This document shows positions 1 through 8,856 of a stretch of 64,000 nucleotides of DNA, piece after piece (position 1 is the stretch's first letter; each line of letters starts with the position of its first letter). Both the position numbers and the translations under genes were made by a program. Source of the stretch: Acutalibacteraceae bacterium (GTDB taxonomy: Bacteria; Bacillota; Clostridia; Oscillospirales; Acutalibacteraceae); NCBI GenBank assembly GCA_045589555.1, contig JAZNPG010000138.1:768-64767 (forward strand), written 5' to 3'. Below the pieces are notes generated by a model, which had not been told where the DNA came from, did no database searches, and saw nothing but the letters and a program-made list of their open reading frames with translations.

Positions 1-359
1 TGAGAAACTGCAGAAAGATCAATTTCTTCGGTAACCGTTACTTCACCTGCGGTGAATGTGAAAGCGTTTCCGCCTTCATACTCTGTGCCGAGAAGATATG
101 CGGTTTCCCAGATACCGTCTGCACCGGTCGAGCCGCTCTGGCTCAGACCGTTTTCCGCATTATTGGTAAATGAACATTCAATCGCTTCATCATCTGCAAT
201 CAGAGCTGCATTGCGGATAACCTGAAGCGTAAAGAACGATGGAGTTTCAGCTCTTGCAGTTTTACCGATGCCTGCAAGCGGAATGCTGCCTGCCAACAAG
301 GATACCGCAAGAACAAGAGCAAGAACTTTATAAAGCTTTGCTTTGTTATTAATCCTCAT
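1..359 (-). CDS. exported protein, N-terminal fragment (C-terminus lies beyond the window start)
   Basis: Not in the ORF track because it runs off the window. Hand translation from ATG 359-357 gives MRINNKAKLYKVLALVLAVSLLAGSIPLAGIGKTARAETPSFFTLQVIRNAALIADDEAIE..., a signal-peptide-like N-terminus. The ATG overlaps the stop (349-351) of the upstream ORF. Confidence 0.5.
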   Translation of the reverse strand, partial: MRINNKAKLYKVLALVLAVSLLAGSIPLAGIGKTARAETPSFFTLQVIRNAALIADDEAIECSFTNNAENGLSQSGSTGADGIWETAYLLGTEYEGGNAFTFTAGEVTVTEEIDLSAVS

Positions 360-846
360 CTTTTTTTCCTCCTGACATCTGCGATTTTATATATCTGTAG
401 TTTTCGCCGTTAAATACTGCTCTGAGCTGAAAAGCGAGTATAAACAATGCAACGAAAACAAAAACAACCATGTTGTTCAGCTTGAAACCAAACCAGCAAA
501 CCAACAGCGCAACGAGAAAAACAACTGTCAGTATATCAAGAACCATTGCTTCTTTGCTGGAGAAAAAGGTTATTATTCCGGGAAGCTTATGCTTTTGTGA
601 TACTCTGCTGCCGCCTGCCTGCTTCTTTCTCATTGCAGAAACAATGCCGAACAGCACATAAGCTGCAATCAACGATACCCAGAACATTGCACCTGACAGA
701 ATCTGAAGCCATTTCTTACCTGTGTTAAGAGCCATATCGCTTCCGGGGGACATCAGAAGAAATGATACCGAAAACAGAAGCATGAATCCCAAAGAAACAG
801 CAAACAGTATCAGGATTTTTGTAACGGATTTCTTTTGTGTACTCAT
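349..846 (-). CDS. polytopic membrane protein, unknown function
   Basis: ORF 349..888. I moved the start to ATG 846 (MSTQKK...), which follows a GAGGAG RBS and removes the overlap with 860..1531. About four hydrophobic segments; no family recognised. Confidence 0.55.
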   Translation of the reverse strand: MSTQKKSVTKILILFAVSLGFMLLFSVSFLLMSPGSDMALNTGKKWLQILSGAMFWVSLIAAYVLFGIVSAMRKKQAGGSRVSQKHKLPGIITFFSSKEAMVLDILTVVFLVALLVCWFGFKLNNMVVFVFVALFILAFQLRAVFNGENYRYIKSQMSGGKKDED

Positions 847-859
847 ATTGTATATCTCC

Positions 860-1531
860 TCAATTGATTTGCTCGTTTGAATGAACAAATGTTATTTCTT
901 CTTCAATAATAATCTTCGACTTAAGGGTTCTGCTTTCGCCTGATTGCATAGCCGTTGCTCCGTCATACGCCAAAGGAAGCTCACCTGTTGATGCGGAATC
1001 AACGCCAAGAACCGTTGTTTCTCCGTCACCTGAACGGTAGTCCGGAACAGTGGGTTCATCGCCAAACGAAGCATTGCCGAGAACGGTTGTTTCGTTGCCG
1101 AGCGAATCATTTGCAAGAACGGTTGTTTCATTGTCTGTCGAATCGTTGGCAAGAACAGTTGTTTCGTTTTCCGTCAAATCCTGAGTAAGAACCGTTGTTT
1201 CTTCAGCTTTATTGATTTCAACCTTTATTTTTTCAGTTCCGACACTTATTCCGGAAGAAGAAGGCGTATTCTGAACTTTTCCGGATAACGTAATCTTGTC
1301 AGTTATCTTTCCTCTGGACTTGTTAACAGGGCTTGGATTGAATGCCTTATTGCCCGAAGATTCATTCTGCTGCCTTATGTTTTCAATAGCCTTTTTAGCA
1401 TTTGAACCGCTCAGGTCACCTATTACATTTATAATGCGCAGCTTGAAAAACAGGAATACCGCTACCAGAAATGAAATTACGCTTAAAGCAAGACATATGT
1501 AGAAAAGAAGAAGATATTGTTCGTAAGTCAT
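860..1531 (-). CDS. membrane-anchored ETTVL-repeat protein (candidate kinase substrate / FHA ligand)
   Basis: N-terminal TM helix (LALSVISFLVAVFLFF) followed by five ETTVL motifs (EETTVL, NETTVL x3, GETTVL). The start codon abuts the kinase stop (1531/1532). Confidence 0.7.
   Translation of the reverse strand: MTYEQYLLLFYICLALSVISFLVAVFLFFKLRIINVIGDLSGSNAKKAIENIRQQNESSGNKAFNPSPVNKSRGKITDKITLSGKVQNTPSSSGISVGTEKIKVEINKAEETTVLTQDLTENETTVLANDSTDNETTVLANDSLGNETTVLGNASFGDEPTVPDYRSGDGETTVLGVDSASTGELPLAYDGATAMQSGESRTLKSKIIIEEEITFVHSNEQIN
1078..1203 (-). repeat. in-frame 36-nt tandem repeat encoding the ETTVL motif units
   Basis: aagaacNgttgtttc recurs at 1078, 1114, 1150 and 1186 (exact 36-nt spacing). 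A fifth copy lies at 1006-1023. Confidence 0.85.
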
Positions 1532-3280
1532 TTATGCCACCTCTTCTTTCTCTGATGAAGCAACCCTGGCTGCTGCACTGAGTCTTTCTCTTGCATTTTC
1601 AATTTTCGGTGCAAATTTCTGAGCTTCAGTGCGTGTTGCTTTCAGTTTGGCGCTCTTTGAAAGATTTGAGACCGAAGCTTCAACCTTTCCGAGCAGCTCA
1701 TTTATGCTGCTTTCCGTCTGGTCAACGAGCAGATACTCGCAATCCTCGGAAACCGTATTGATGATTTCTTCAAAAATCAGAAGCTTGATATCCTGATCTT
1801 CAAGGTTTTCCGAGAAATTATAAAGCTTGTTCATATTTTCCCAGATACCCTTATAGGATTCATAAACTTTTTCAGGTCTGTTTTGCTTGTCAAACTTGCT
1901 GATGCTGTCTCTTACGGTTGCAATGTCAACAAAAATCTGTGCAAGCTCATATTCCTCTGCAGAATATTCAACCGCATCAGAGAACCAGTCCTTTGCAAGT
2001 GAATATCGGTCCATTTTTATCTCAAAGCAATACCAATAAGCAAATCCGAACTCGTTGCAAACCTCTGCGTGGCCTGCGGGATTGCTGTCTTTCAGCTCAT
2101 CAAAGGGCTTGAGCGTTGAGCTGTAGCCTGAGGTGTTTTTAACCTCAACGCCTATTTTAAGCTGATTAATAACCGAAGCCTCCGCCCTGCTGAAAACAAT
2201 TCCGTCTTCTTCGCTGCTGAGATACATATCAATCAGCTTCAGATACGCATCGGTTTGCGTCGGGTCAATTTCAATTGCCGACAGGTATAGCTTTTCTTTT
2301 TCATCCTGTGATAATGTGGGGTTTTCTGCCTCTGAAATCAGAACGCCGTAATTCTCTGCTTTTTTGTTTTCTGATGAAACAAAACCAAAAATTGCGAGGC
2401 AGGCAAAAACCACGGATAGCGTTGCAGAAACAATAAAGCTTGCAAGCTTTTTCTTTTGTTTGCTGCGGTAAATATTACCCATTTCATTGTGGTGCTCAAT
2501 TGCGTAGAGCAATTCGGCACATGACTGATAGCGGTCTTCAGGCATCTGTGCCGTGCACTTCTGAATAATCGCATCAAGTCCCGGTGAAAGAGAGGGGTTA
2601 ACCGCACGGATGGATTTGTCGGATATAACGTTTTTGCATGGGTCAATCCCGGTAAGCAGATGATAAAGCGTTATACCCAGACAATAGATATCGGTTCTGG
2701 CATCTGTTCTGCCCATACCGCTGCCGATATACTGTTCGGGAGCGGCATAACCGATTGTGCCGATACCCGTTGTTTCGCCAAGGTCAATTTCATAGGTTTT
2801 TGCAGTACCGAAATCTATAAGCGCAATATTTCCGTCAGGCTTGAGCATTATGTTTGCCGGCTTCATATCTCTGTAGATAATCGGCGGATTGCATGAATGC
2901 AGATAGCCGAGAACGTCGCACAACTGCCTTGCCCATTCGATAACATATTCCTGAGGCTGAGCACCGTGTTCCTCCAGCGCTTTATCGAGCGAGTTTCCTT
3001 CAATATAGTCCATAACGATGATGAAGGTGTCATCGTCTTCAATAACGTCAACAATGCTTGGCAGGTTGGGATGCTTTAATCGTTTGAGCGTTTCAATTTC
3101 AGCAACAAGGCCCTGACGGACAACATTGAAATCCAGCTTTCCGTCTTTGCGAATTTCTTTAACTGCCCATGTTTTGTTCGCCTTTTCGTTGAGCGCCATA
3201 TAAACAACACTCATGCCGCCGTGGCCGATTTCACTCAGTATCTTATATTTCCCGTCAAGCACAGAACCGATTTGCAACAT
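1532..3280 (-). CDS. Hanks-type Ser/Thr protein kinase with one TM helix and a helical-repeat C-terminal domain predicted to be extracytoplasmic
   Basis: Kinase motifs GHGGMSVVY, AVKE, YRDMKPANIM, IDFGTAK and GTIGYAAPEQ. TM segment FIVSATLSVVFACLAIFGFV. No PASTA repeats seen. Confidence 0.9.
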   Translation of the reverse strand: MLQIGSVLDGKYKILSEIGHGGMSVVYMALNEKANKTWAVKEIRKDGKLDFNVVRQGLVAEIETLKRLKHPNLPSIVDVIEDDDTFIIVMDYIEGNSLDKALEEHGAQPQEYVIEWARQLCDVLGYLHSCNPPIIYRDMKPANIMLKPDGNIALIDFGTAKTYEIDLGETTGIGTIGYAAPEQYIGSGMGRTDARTDIYCLGITLYHLLTGIDPCKNVISDKSIRAVNPSLSPGLDAIIQKCTAQMPEDRYQSCAELLYAIEHHNEMGNIYRSKQKKKLASFIVSATLSVVFACLAIFGFVSSENKKAENYGVLISEAENPTLSQDEKEKLYLSAIEIDPTQTDAYLKLIDMYLSSEEDGIVFSRAEASVINQLKIGVEVKNTSGYSSTLKPFDELKDSNPAGHAEVCNEFGFAYWYCFEIKMDRYSLAKDWFSDAVEYSAEEYELAQIFVDIATVRDSISKFDKQNRPEKVYESYKGIWENMNKLYNFSENLEDQDIKLLIFEEIINTVSEDCEYLLVDQTESSINELLGKVEASVSNLSKSAKLKATRTEAQKFAPKIENARERLSAAARVASSEKEEVA

Positions 3281-3297
3281 GACGATATAAACTCCTT

Positions 3298-4065
3298 TTA
3301 AACTGTTCTTATGGTAATAACCGATATGTTATCCTGCTCCATCCGGGCTTTATCAAGCTCAATCAGAGCATCCACATTGTTTTTCATTGTGTATTTATCC
3401 TGCATAGCGGCAGGATTCAGAGAAGCATAGATTTCTTCATTGCTTATTTCATGAATAAATCCGTCCGAGCATAGCATATACACTGCGCCGGAAAGATTTT
3501 TTCCTCTGTAAAAAGCAGGCATAACGCTTTCGGAAGCGCCGACACATTGCAGCAAAACGTTCCTTCTGGGGTCTGTCCGTGCCTGTTCGGGCGTCAGCTT
3601 ACCGAGCTCAACCTCGCGGGCAACAACCGTTTGGTCATCGGTTATCTGTCTTACACAGTTGCTTATTTCATAAACGCGGGAATCGCCGACGTTCATTGCA
3701 AGATAACCGTAATCCGTAAGCAAAAGAGCGGCAACGGTTGTGCCGAGATTTATCGACAGCCTTTTACCGTACATGGCAATTTTACTATTCTGCGCCTGGA
3801 CAATTCTTATCCACTGTGTTTTTATTGCTTCAAAATCATCATCAGAAGCACACTGCCCTGAAAACTCCTCACTCAACCATGAGCTGAACGCTTTTATCAG
3901 TTCAGCGCTTGCAAGCTCGCCTTTCTCAAGACCTCCCATGCCGTCGCAAAGAACAGCAAAAGCAATTCTGCCGTTCTGAGATGATGCAACCTTTACCGAG
4001 AGGCTGTCCTGATTGGTTTTTTTCTTGATTCCTATATCTGAGCTTGCAGATATTATATAATTCAT
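3298..4065 (-). CDS. PP2C-family Ser/Thr phosphatase
   Basis: LCDGMGG...GELAS, NVGDSR and LCSDG motifs typical of bacterial PP2C (Stp/PrpC-like). Lies 17 nt upstream of the kinase gene. Confidence 0.85.
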   Translation of the reverse strand: MNYIISASSDIGIKKKTNQDSLSVKVASSQNGRIAFAVLCDGMGGLEKGELASAELIKAFSSWLSEEFSGQCASDDDFEAIKTQWIRIVQAQNSKIAMYGKRLSINLGTTVAALLLTDYGYLAMNVGDSRVYEISNCVRQITDDQTVVAREVELGKLTPEQARTDPRRNVLLQCVGASESVMPAFYRGKNLSGAVYMLCSDGFIHEISNEEIYASLNPAAMQDKYTMKNNVDALIELDKARMEQDNISVITIRTV

Positions 4066-4110
4066 AAACTTACCGTCCTTAAAGAATGATTCCGGATAAG
4101 GAAATCATAA

Positions 4111-5784
4111 TTAAATGAGGATAAAATCAAACTCTTCGTTTGCAAATCTGATCTTATCGCCGGGATTGATTTTGTTTTCAACTCCGCTTTCTATTATTGT
4201 TCCGTTAACAAAAGTATGGTTTGTTGAATTATGGTCAACAAGATAATAATTATTACCCTTAACAACGATATCGGCATGGCTTCTGCTGATTGCGGTGTTA
4301 TCGCTTATAAAATAATCCACATAGCTCTTTTCTTTTCCGATTCTGAAAATGGGTTTATTTACAGCAACCTTCTCGCCGGTTTTGTATCTTACAAGGTGAG
4401 GTACGGGTTTTGCGACAGAGGGAGTCACGCCAAGAACGGTTGTTTCGCCTGAAGCAGGAGCTCCGAGAACTGTTGTTTCGCCGAAATTAGCTGCCTGAAC
4501 CGCAACCGTTTTGGGTGCGAGCTGAGGCATACCTGCAGTAGCAGAAATATCGGCTTTTACAGGTCGGTTTGCTGCGGATGCTGCAGGAGAAGGCGCAACA
4601 GGAGTAATGGGAGGCATCGCAGGAGCAGGTGCGCCGTTAACCGAAGGAGTCTGACCGGGAATTGCAAAATTAACCGGAGGCGCTGCTTTAGGAGCCTTGG
4701 GAGCTTTTCCTGCTTTAACAGGAGGTGCGGGAGGAGCTGCAGGAATGGGCGGAAAATTCATTCCGGGTGCAGGAGCGGCAGCAGGAGCCTGAGCTGCAGC
4801 GCCCTTCTTGTTAGCCTTCTGTGCTTTATAAAGCTCAAGGTTTTCCTTGCTGAATTTTGTAAGCAAAGTCATGAGGCTGATCTGATTTTCGGGTTCAACA
4901 GGAGCCTGTGCAGGTGCACCGGGAACAGGAGGAAGTGCTGCACCCTTTTTGTTTTTCTTCTGCTTCTCAGCCTTCTTGGGAACAGGAGGTGCTGCAGAAG
5001 GCATGCCGCCCAAAGGCATAAGATCACCGAAAGGATCGCTCTGCATGCCGCCTTGAACAGGTGCAGCGGGAGGCGCAACAGGAGCAGAAACGGGAGCAGG
5101 AGCAGGAGGCATCTGAGGTTTGTTCTGAGTGAATGCTGCCTGCGGCTGAGGTGCAGGCGCAGCAGGTCTCTGAACAGGAGGTGCAACTCGAACAGTTGCA
5201 TCCATTCCGCCCGGAGCAGGTCTGCCTGTTGAAAGAGCAACTTTGTCGACAAGCTCCTTAAAATCAGTAATTGAGAAAACCTGAACTCTGTTGAGGTAAT
5301 TAATCAACGTCGCAACATAATCGCAGTTTTCTGCAGAATCAAACTGTGCACCGTAAATAATCTGCTTGAAGAAAAGCTGAAGATCTGTATTGCCTGCGCT
5401 TCCGTTTACAATGGGAAGGCAGATAAGCGTTGTTTCATTTGTTGTTGCATCGACATAGATATGGTCTATATCGAGAACAAAAAGTGATGTATCAACCATA
5501 TATTCTTCAGCTGCTGTATAAGCTGATGCTATTCCCGAGAAAACTCCGAGAAGCCTTTTTTTGGTTACAGAGCCCTTTAAAAACTGGCTCACGGGAATCT
5601 TTGACGAAATGTTATATTTAAGGAATTTATCTGAGTCCATCTGTGTGAACAGAATGGGAGCAATTCCTCTGATTTTATTGTTTGCAAGCATGCCGAAGCT
5701 GAGAGAATCAAATTCATCCTCTGCATTTACCTTATACACCAGATAAGTGTTAACGCCCTGATTTTCAACGGTAAAAATACTCAT
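4111..5784 (-). CDS. FHA-domain protein with unknown N-terminal domain and long Pro/Ala-rich linker
   Basis: C-terminal FHA signature (FRIGK...ISRSHADIV...YYLVDHNSTNHTFVNG...I..GDKIRF). Two GETTVLG motifs about 20-40 aa before the FHA domain. Low-complexity PAPAP region in the middle. Confidence 0.85.
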   Translation of the reverse strand: MSIFTVENQGVNTYLVYKVNAEDEFDSLSFGMLANNKIRGIAPILFTQMDSDKFLKYNISSKIPVSQFLKGSVTKKRLLGVFSGIASAYTAAEEYMVDTSLFVLDIDHIYVDATTNETTLICLPIVNGSAGNTDLQLFFKQIIYGAQFDSAENCDYVATLINYLNRVQVFSITDFKELVDKVALSTGRPAPGGMDATVRVAPPVQRPAAPAPQPQAAFTQNKPQMPPAPAPVSAPVAPPAAPVQGGMQSDPFGDLMPLGGMPSAAPPVPKKAEKQKKNKKGAALPPVPGAPAQAPVEPENQISLMTLLTKFSKENLELYKAQKANKKGAAAQAPAAAPAPGMNFPPIPAAPPAPPVKAGKAPKAPKAAPPVNFAIPGQTPSVNGAPAPAMPPITPVAPSPAASAANRPVKADISATAGMPQLAPKTVAVQAANFGETTVLGAPASGETTVLGVTPSVAKPVPHLVRYKTGEKVAVNKPIFRIGKEKSYVDYFISDNTAISRSHADIVVKGNNYYLVDHNSTNHTFVNGTIIESGVENKINPGDKIRFANEEFDFILI

Positions 5785-5820
5785 AATTAATCTCCAACCC
5801 TTTCCTGAATATCAATCAAA

Positions 5821-6888
5821 TCACATTAAAAGAATCTTGTTAAGATCCTCGGAATTAACCATATGGTTAATAATCTGCTCGGTTGATGCATTCTCATATT
5901 TAGAGATGCCGCCTATCATTTTTATGTTGCTGTCAGAAATAATTCTGCCTGTTTTATTGCTGAATTTGTTATACATAAGAGCAACCTTGGGAAGAATCTT
6001 TATGTTTTTCTGTCTTTCAAAAATATCAATTGCATTGTATGCTCTCATGAATTTTTCATTTGCAACTTCAGAACCGTCAGAAACAAAAATAATGTTCTGT
6101 GACTGCGAAAGAATCTCAATAACTGAAGAGGAAATGTAGAAGCCGGTATCAATAATTATATGTTCGTAGGTTCCCATTGTTTTTATCGCAGTAATAAGCT
6201 GCTGAATATCTTCCTTTGTGATTTCAGCTATATCAAGCGCATTCCGGGATGAGGAATAGAAATTAACGCCCGAGGAATCTTCCTTAACATAGCTCTCCAT
6301 TTTAAATACCATGTTAGCTTTCTTGCTTTTAAGGGAGAAAATGATGTCACTGAAATCAAACTGACCGTCGCCGGAAAAATACATATCACTGTTTCCGAAC
6401 TTTTCAAGATTAAGGTAAAGAACTTTTTTGCCCATTCCCGCAAGACGTTTTGCAAACGCAACAGCAAGGGTTGATGCACCTGTTCCGCCGCTGGCAGATG
6501 TAAAGGTGGAAATCATTGCGTCGCCATCGCCGTCAAATTTAAGCTCGATATCGGAAACCTGATCAGAGAAAATGCTCAGTATCTCTTTGTAAATCATCTC
6601 AGCCTTCTGATATCTGCATATGGTTTTCTGGTCACGCAGACTGTGAACCTCGGGAGAATATACAAAATATGCAAAGCCACAGTGAGGGGGAAGCTTCGAA
6701 ACATTGATTTCAAAGCTGTCGCTGGAGATAAAAACATCTATTTTGTTTTCAATAAGACCCGCGATCGCAACATCCATGCTGGAAAACGAATAAATCTCAA
6801 GCTTATCCGCAAACTTCCCTGTAAAGACCGATGCAATACGGTTAAGATAGCTTTTGTTGTCATCCAAAACTGCAACTTTAATTTTCAT
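5821..6888 (-). CDS. tadZ: TadZ/CpaE-like pilus localisation protein (receiver-like N-domain + ParA/MinD-like domain with degenerate Walker A)
   Basis: The N-terminus MKIKVAVLDDN resembles a receiver fold. The central SASGGTGASTLAVAFAKRLA is a MinD/ParA-type P-loop lacking the lysines. The position in a Tad operon supports the call. Confidence 0.6.
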   Translation of the reverse strand: MKIKVAVLDDNKSYLNRIASVFTGKFADKLEIYSFSSMDVAIAGLIENKIDVFISSDSFEINVSKLPPHCGFAYFVYSPEVHSLRDQKTICRYQKAEMIYKEILSIFSDQVSDIELKFDGDGDAMISTFTSASGGTGASTLAVAFAKRLAGMGKKVLYLNLEKFGNSDMYFSGDGQFDFSDIIFSLKSKKANMVFKMESYVKEDSSGVNFYSSSRNALDIAEITKEDIQQLITAIKTMGTYEHIIIDTGFYISSSVIEILSQSQNIIFVSDGSEVANEKFMRAYNAIDIFERQKNIKILPKVALMYNKFSNKTGRIISDSNIKMIGGISKYENASTEQIINHMVNSEDLNKILLM

Positions 6889-6933
6889 TCAATACCACTC
6901 CTGTAAAATTTGTTGTTTTATTTATTAACCTGA

Positions 6934-7413
6934 TTAAGATATTGAGGCAAGAAGAATTGCCATAAATTCAACCAAAATAAAGGGAACAATATTCTGCGTT
7001 ACAGAAAGAAAATATTCCCTTATGAAATGCTCTTCACGCTTCCCGTAAATAAAAACACAGATTATTTTTATAATCTCATATACTGCAAAGCTTACAAGAA
7101 CACCTCTGACGGAAAATCCGAAAAGCCAGGAAACAACTGACATCACCGTGATAACCGTTATTTCAAGCAGCAGAGAATCCTTGGGGATGGGGCTGCCGCA
7201 ATTTTTGCATTTGCCTTTGCATACAATAAAAGAAATAACAGGCAACTGAAGGTACCATGGGATGCCGGCATTGCATTCCGGACAGCGGCATTCGGATTTG
7301 AGAACTGAGAGTGTGTTGCCCCTGCAAAGCCGTAACATATTCGTTGTTGCCATGCCGCCAAGATGGTAATAAGCAAGGCAAATTGCAATTTTTATAATAA
7401 TTGTATTATCCAT
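6934..7413 (-). CDS. membrane protein consisting of a prepilin-peptidase N-terminal (four-Cys) domain only
   Basis: CPECNAGIPWYLQLPVISFIVCKGKCKNCGSPIPKDSLLLEI matches the CxxC...CxxC N-terminal domain of PilD-type A24 peptidases. I saw no GxGD-type catalytic motif in the remaining ~70 aa. Confidence 0.6.
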   Translation of the reverse strand: MDNTIIIKIAICLAYYHLGGMATTNMLRLCRGNTLSVLKSECRCPECNAGIPWYLQLPVISFIVCKGKCKNCGSPIPKDSLLLEITVITVMSVVSWLFGFSVRGVLVSFAVYEIIKIICVFIYGKREEHFIREYFLSVTQNIVPFILVEFMAILLASIS

Positions 7414-7425
7414 CTGTTTTTACCG

Positions 7426-8856
7426 TTATGCCGCAAAAAAGCAGGTGTGCTTAAAAGCGCTTTTCTTTTCAACCGATATATTTTCTGAAGCGCTTTTGAA
7501 TTTTTCTTTTGCTGATATGCTGTCCGCAGCATAACGCCAGCCTTCTTTTTTATCTATATACATTAATATATAATAGCTATTCTCATTCTGTAAGACTTTG
7601 AAATCGCCTTTTTTAACAGCTTCTTCATGAAGCCATTTGTTGGCTGCGCTTTCTTCATTTTTTATATTAGTTACAAGTCCGCCTGAGTTTGTCTGCACCT
7701 GAGCGCTGTTCATATATATGTCGCACAATACAGCCATATCATATTCACGGTTAGATGAACCGTAAAGCTTATGCTCGATCAGCTTTTTTGTGTTTTCGCA
7801 AGCCTCTGCACTTTCAAAATCAGCTATTCTTAAAGTCAGCTCTCTTGCCGAGCAGGAAATTCCCGTATCAATTGCGGTATCCTCACAAGCCATAAGAATA
7901 AAAGCTGATAAATTTTCCTCATCTGCTATCAGTGTTTTATCGCCGGATTTCCGTTCGTCCGCAAACAGCCATTCTTTAACGATATCATCTTCATCGCATT
8001 CAGACATGACGCTTGCTGACGACGTGAACTGCTTTGTGCCCGTTCTGACCTTCTCCTCAATCTCATTAATGAAAATATCAGGAGTGAGGTTGGTTAACTT
8101 CTCGTAATCCTCAATCGCCGAGGTCATCTCGTAGAGCGATTGAAATGTTACTTCGCAACAGATATAATCCGCATAAACAAGCTCTTCCTTTCTTTCTGAA
8201 TAAAAATTTTTATATTCATCTTCAGAGAGACTGAAGCCTGCACGGAAATATTCATAATAATTCTGAGCAAGATAGCTCATTTCAAGAACAGTTTTTACCG
8301 TTTTGATTCCTACATAATCGCCATAAACCAGAGAAGCATATCGGTCTGCTGAAATTTTGAATTTTGATGCTTCTGCACGGATGGATGCAAGATTGGCATC
8401 CACCCTTGCCTGTTGTTCATCAAAAAGTGTCAGCCCTGCCTCCACTCCTCGGTTATATGCATAAACAAGGGAACGGATTTGTTCCTGAACAATCTCATCG
8501 ATATACATAGCCCAGGTTTTTCCGCTTTTCTCATCATATATCTGCGCTGACAGCGGCAACTCGGAATCGAAACCGGGATATTCATTTTCAAGCTTCACCA
8601 TAACTTCCGGAGAAGATGACGAAGTGTAAAAATAATTGTAAAAACCGATTGTAAGTTTTGTTCCGTCGACCGTTAAAGCAACATTGCCCGGCACTTTTAT
8701 TTCTCTTTTGTTGGGAGAAAAAAGAAATATCAGAAATACCGAGGGAACAATGATGCAGATTATCAGTATCAAAGCTATGATACGGTCTTTGTTTGTGATT
8801 TTTTTCATTTTTTCTTTGGTCGGAAGCCTGAAAAACAGGCCTCTGACATCTTTCAA
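7426..8856 (-). CDS. membrane-anchored protein, unknown function
   Basis: One N-terminal TM (IIALILIICIIVPSVFLIFLF), then ~420 aa of soluble domain. The track start at 8856 is a TTG; an alternative ATG lies at 8808. No family recognised with confidence. Confidence 0.5.
   Translation of the reverse strand: MKDVRGLFFRLPTKEKMKKITNKDRIIALILIICIIVPSVFLIFLFSPNKREIKVPGNVALTVDGTKLTIGFYNYFYTSSSSPEVMVKLENEYPGFDSELPLSAQIYDEKSGKTWAMYIDEIVQEQIRSLVYAYNRGVEAGLTLFDEQQARVDANLASIRAEASKFKISADRYASLVYGDYVGIKTVKTVLEMSYLAQNYYEYFRAGFSLSEDEYKNFYSERKEELVYADYICCEVTFQSLYEMTSAIEDYEKLTNLTPDIFINEIEEKVRTGTKQFTSSASVMSECDEDDIVKEWLFADERKSGDKTLIADEENLSAFILMACEDTAIDTGISCSARELTLRIADFESAEACENTKKLIEHKLYGSSNREYDMAVLCDIYMNSAQVQTNSGGLVTNIKNEESAANKWLHEEAVKKGDFKVLQNENSYYILMYIDKKEGWRYAADSISAKEKFKSASENISVEKKSAFKHTCFFAA

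Noticed and set aside
1006-1203. Possible CRISPR-like or non-coding tandem repeat
   Set aside because: The 36-nt periodicity is in frame inside a coding region (the ETTVL units), and the spacers are not unique-sequence spacers. The same applies to the 24-nt repeats at 52616-52807.
4869-5252. 127-aa alternative-frame ORF inside the FHA gene
   Set aside because: It is the same strand read in a different frame through the Pro/Ala-rich low-complexity region. Such regions commonly stay open in several frames.
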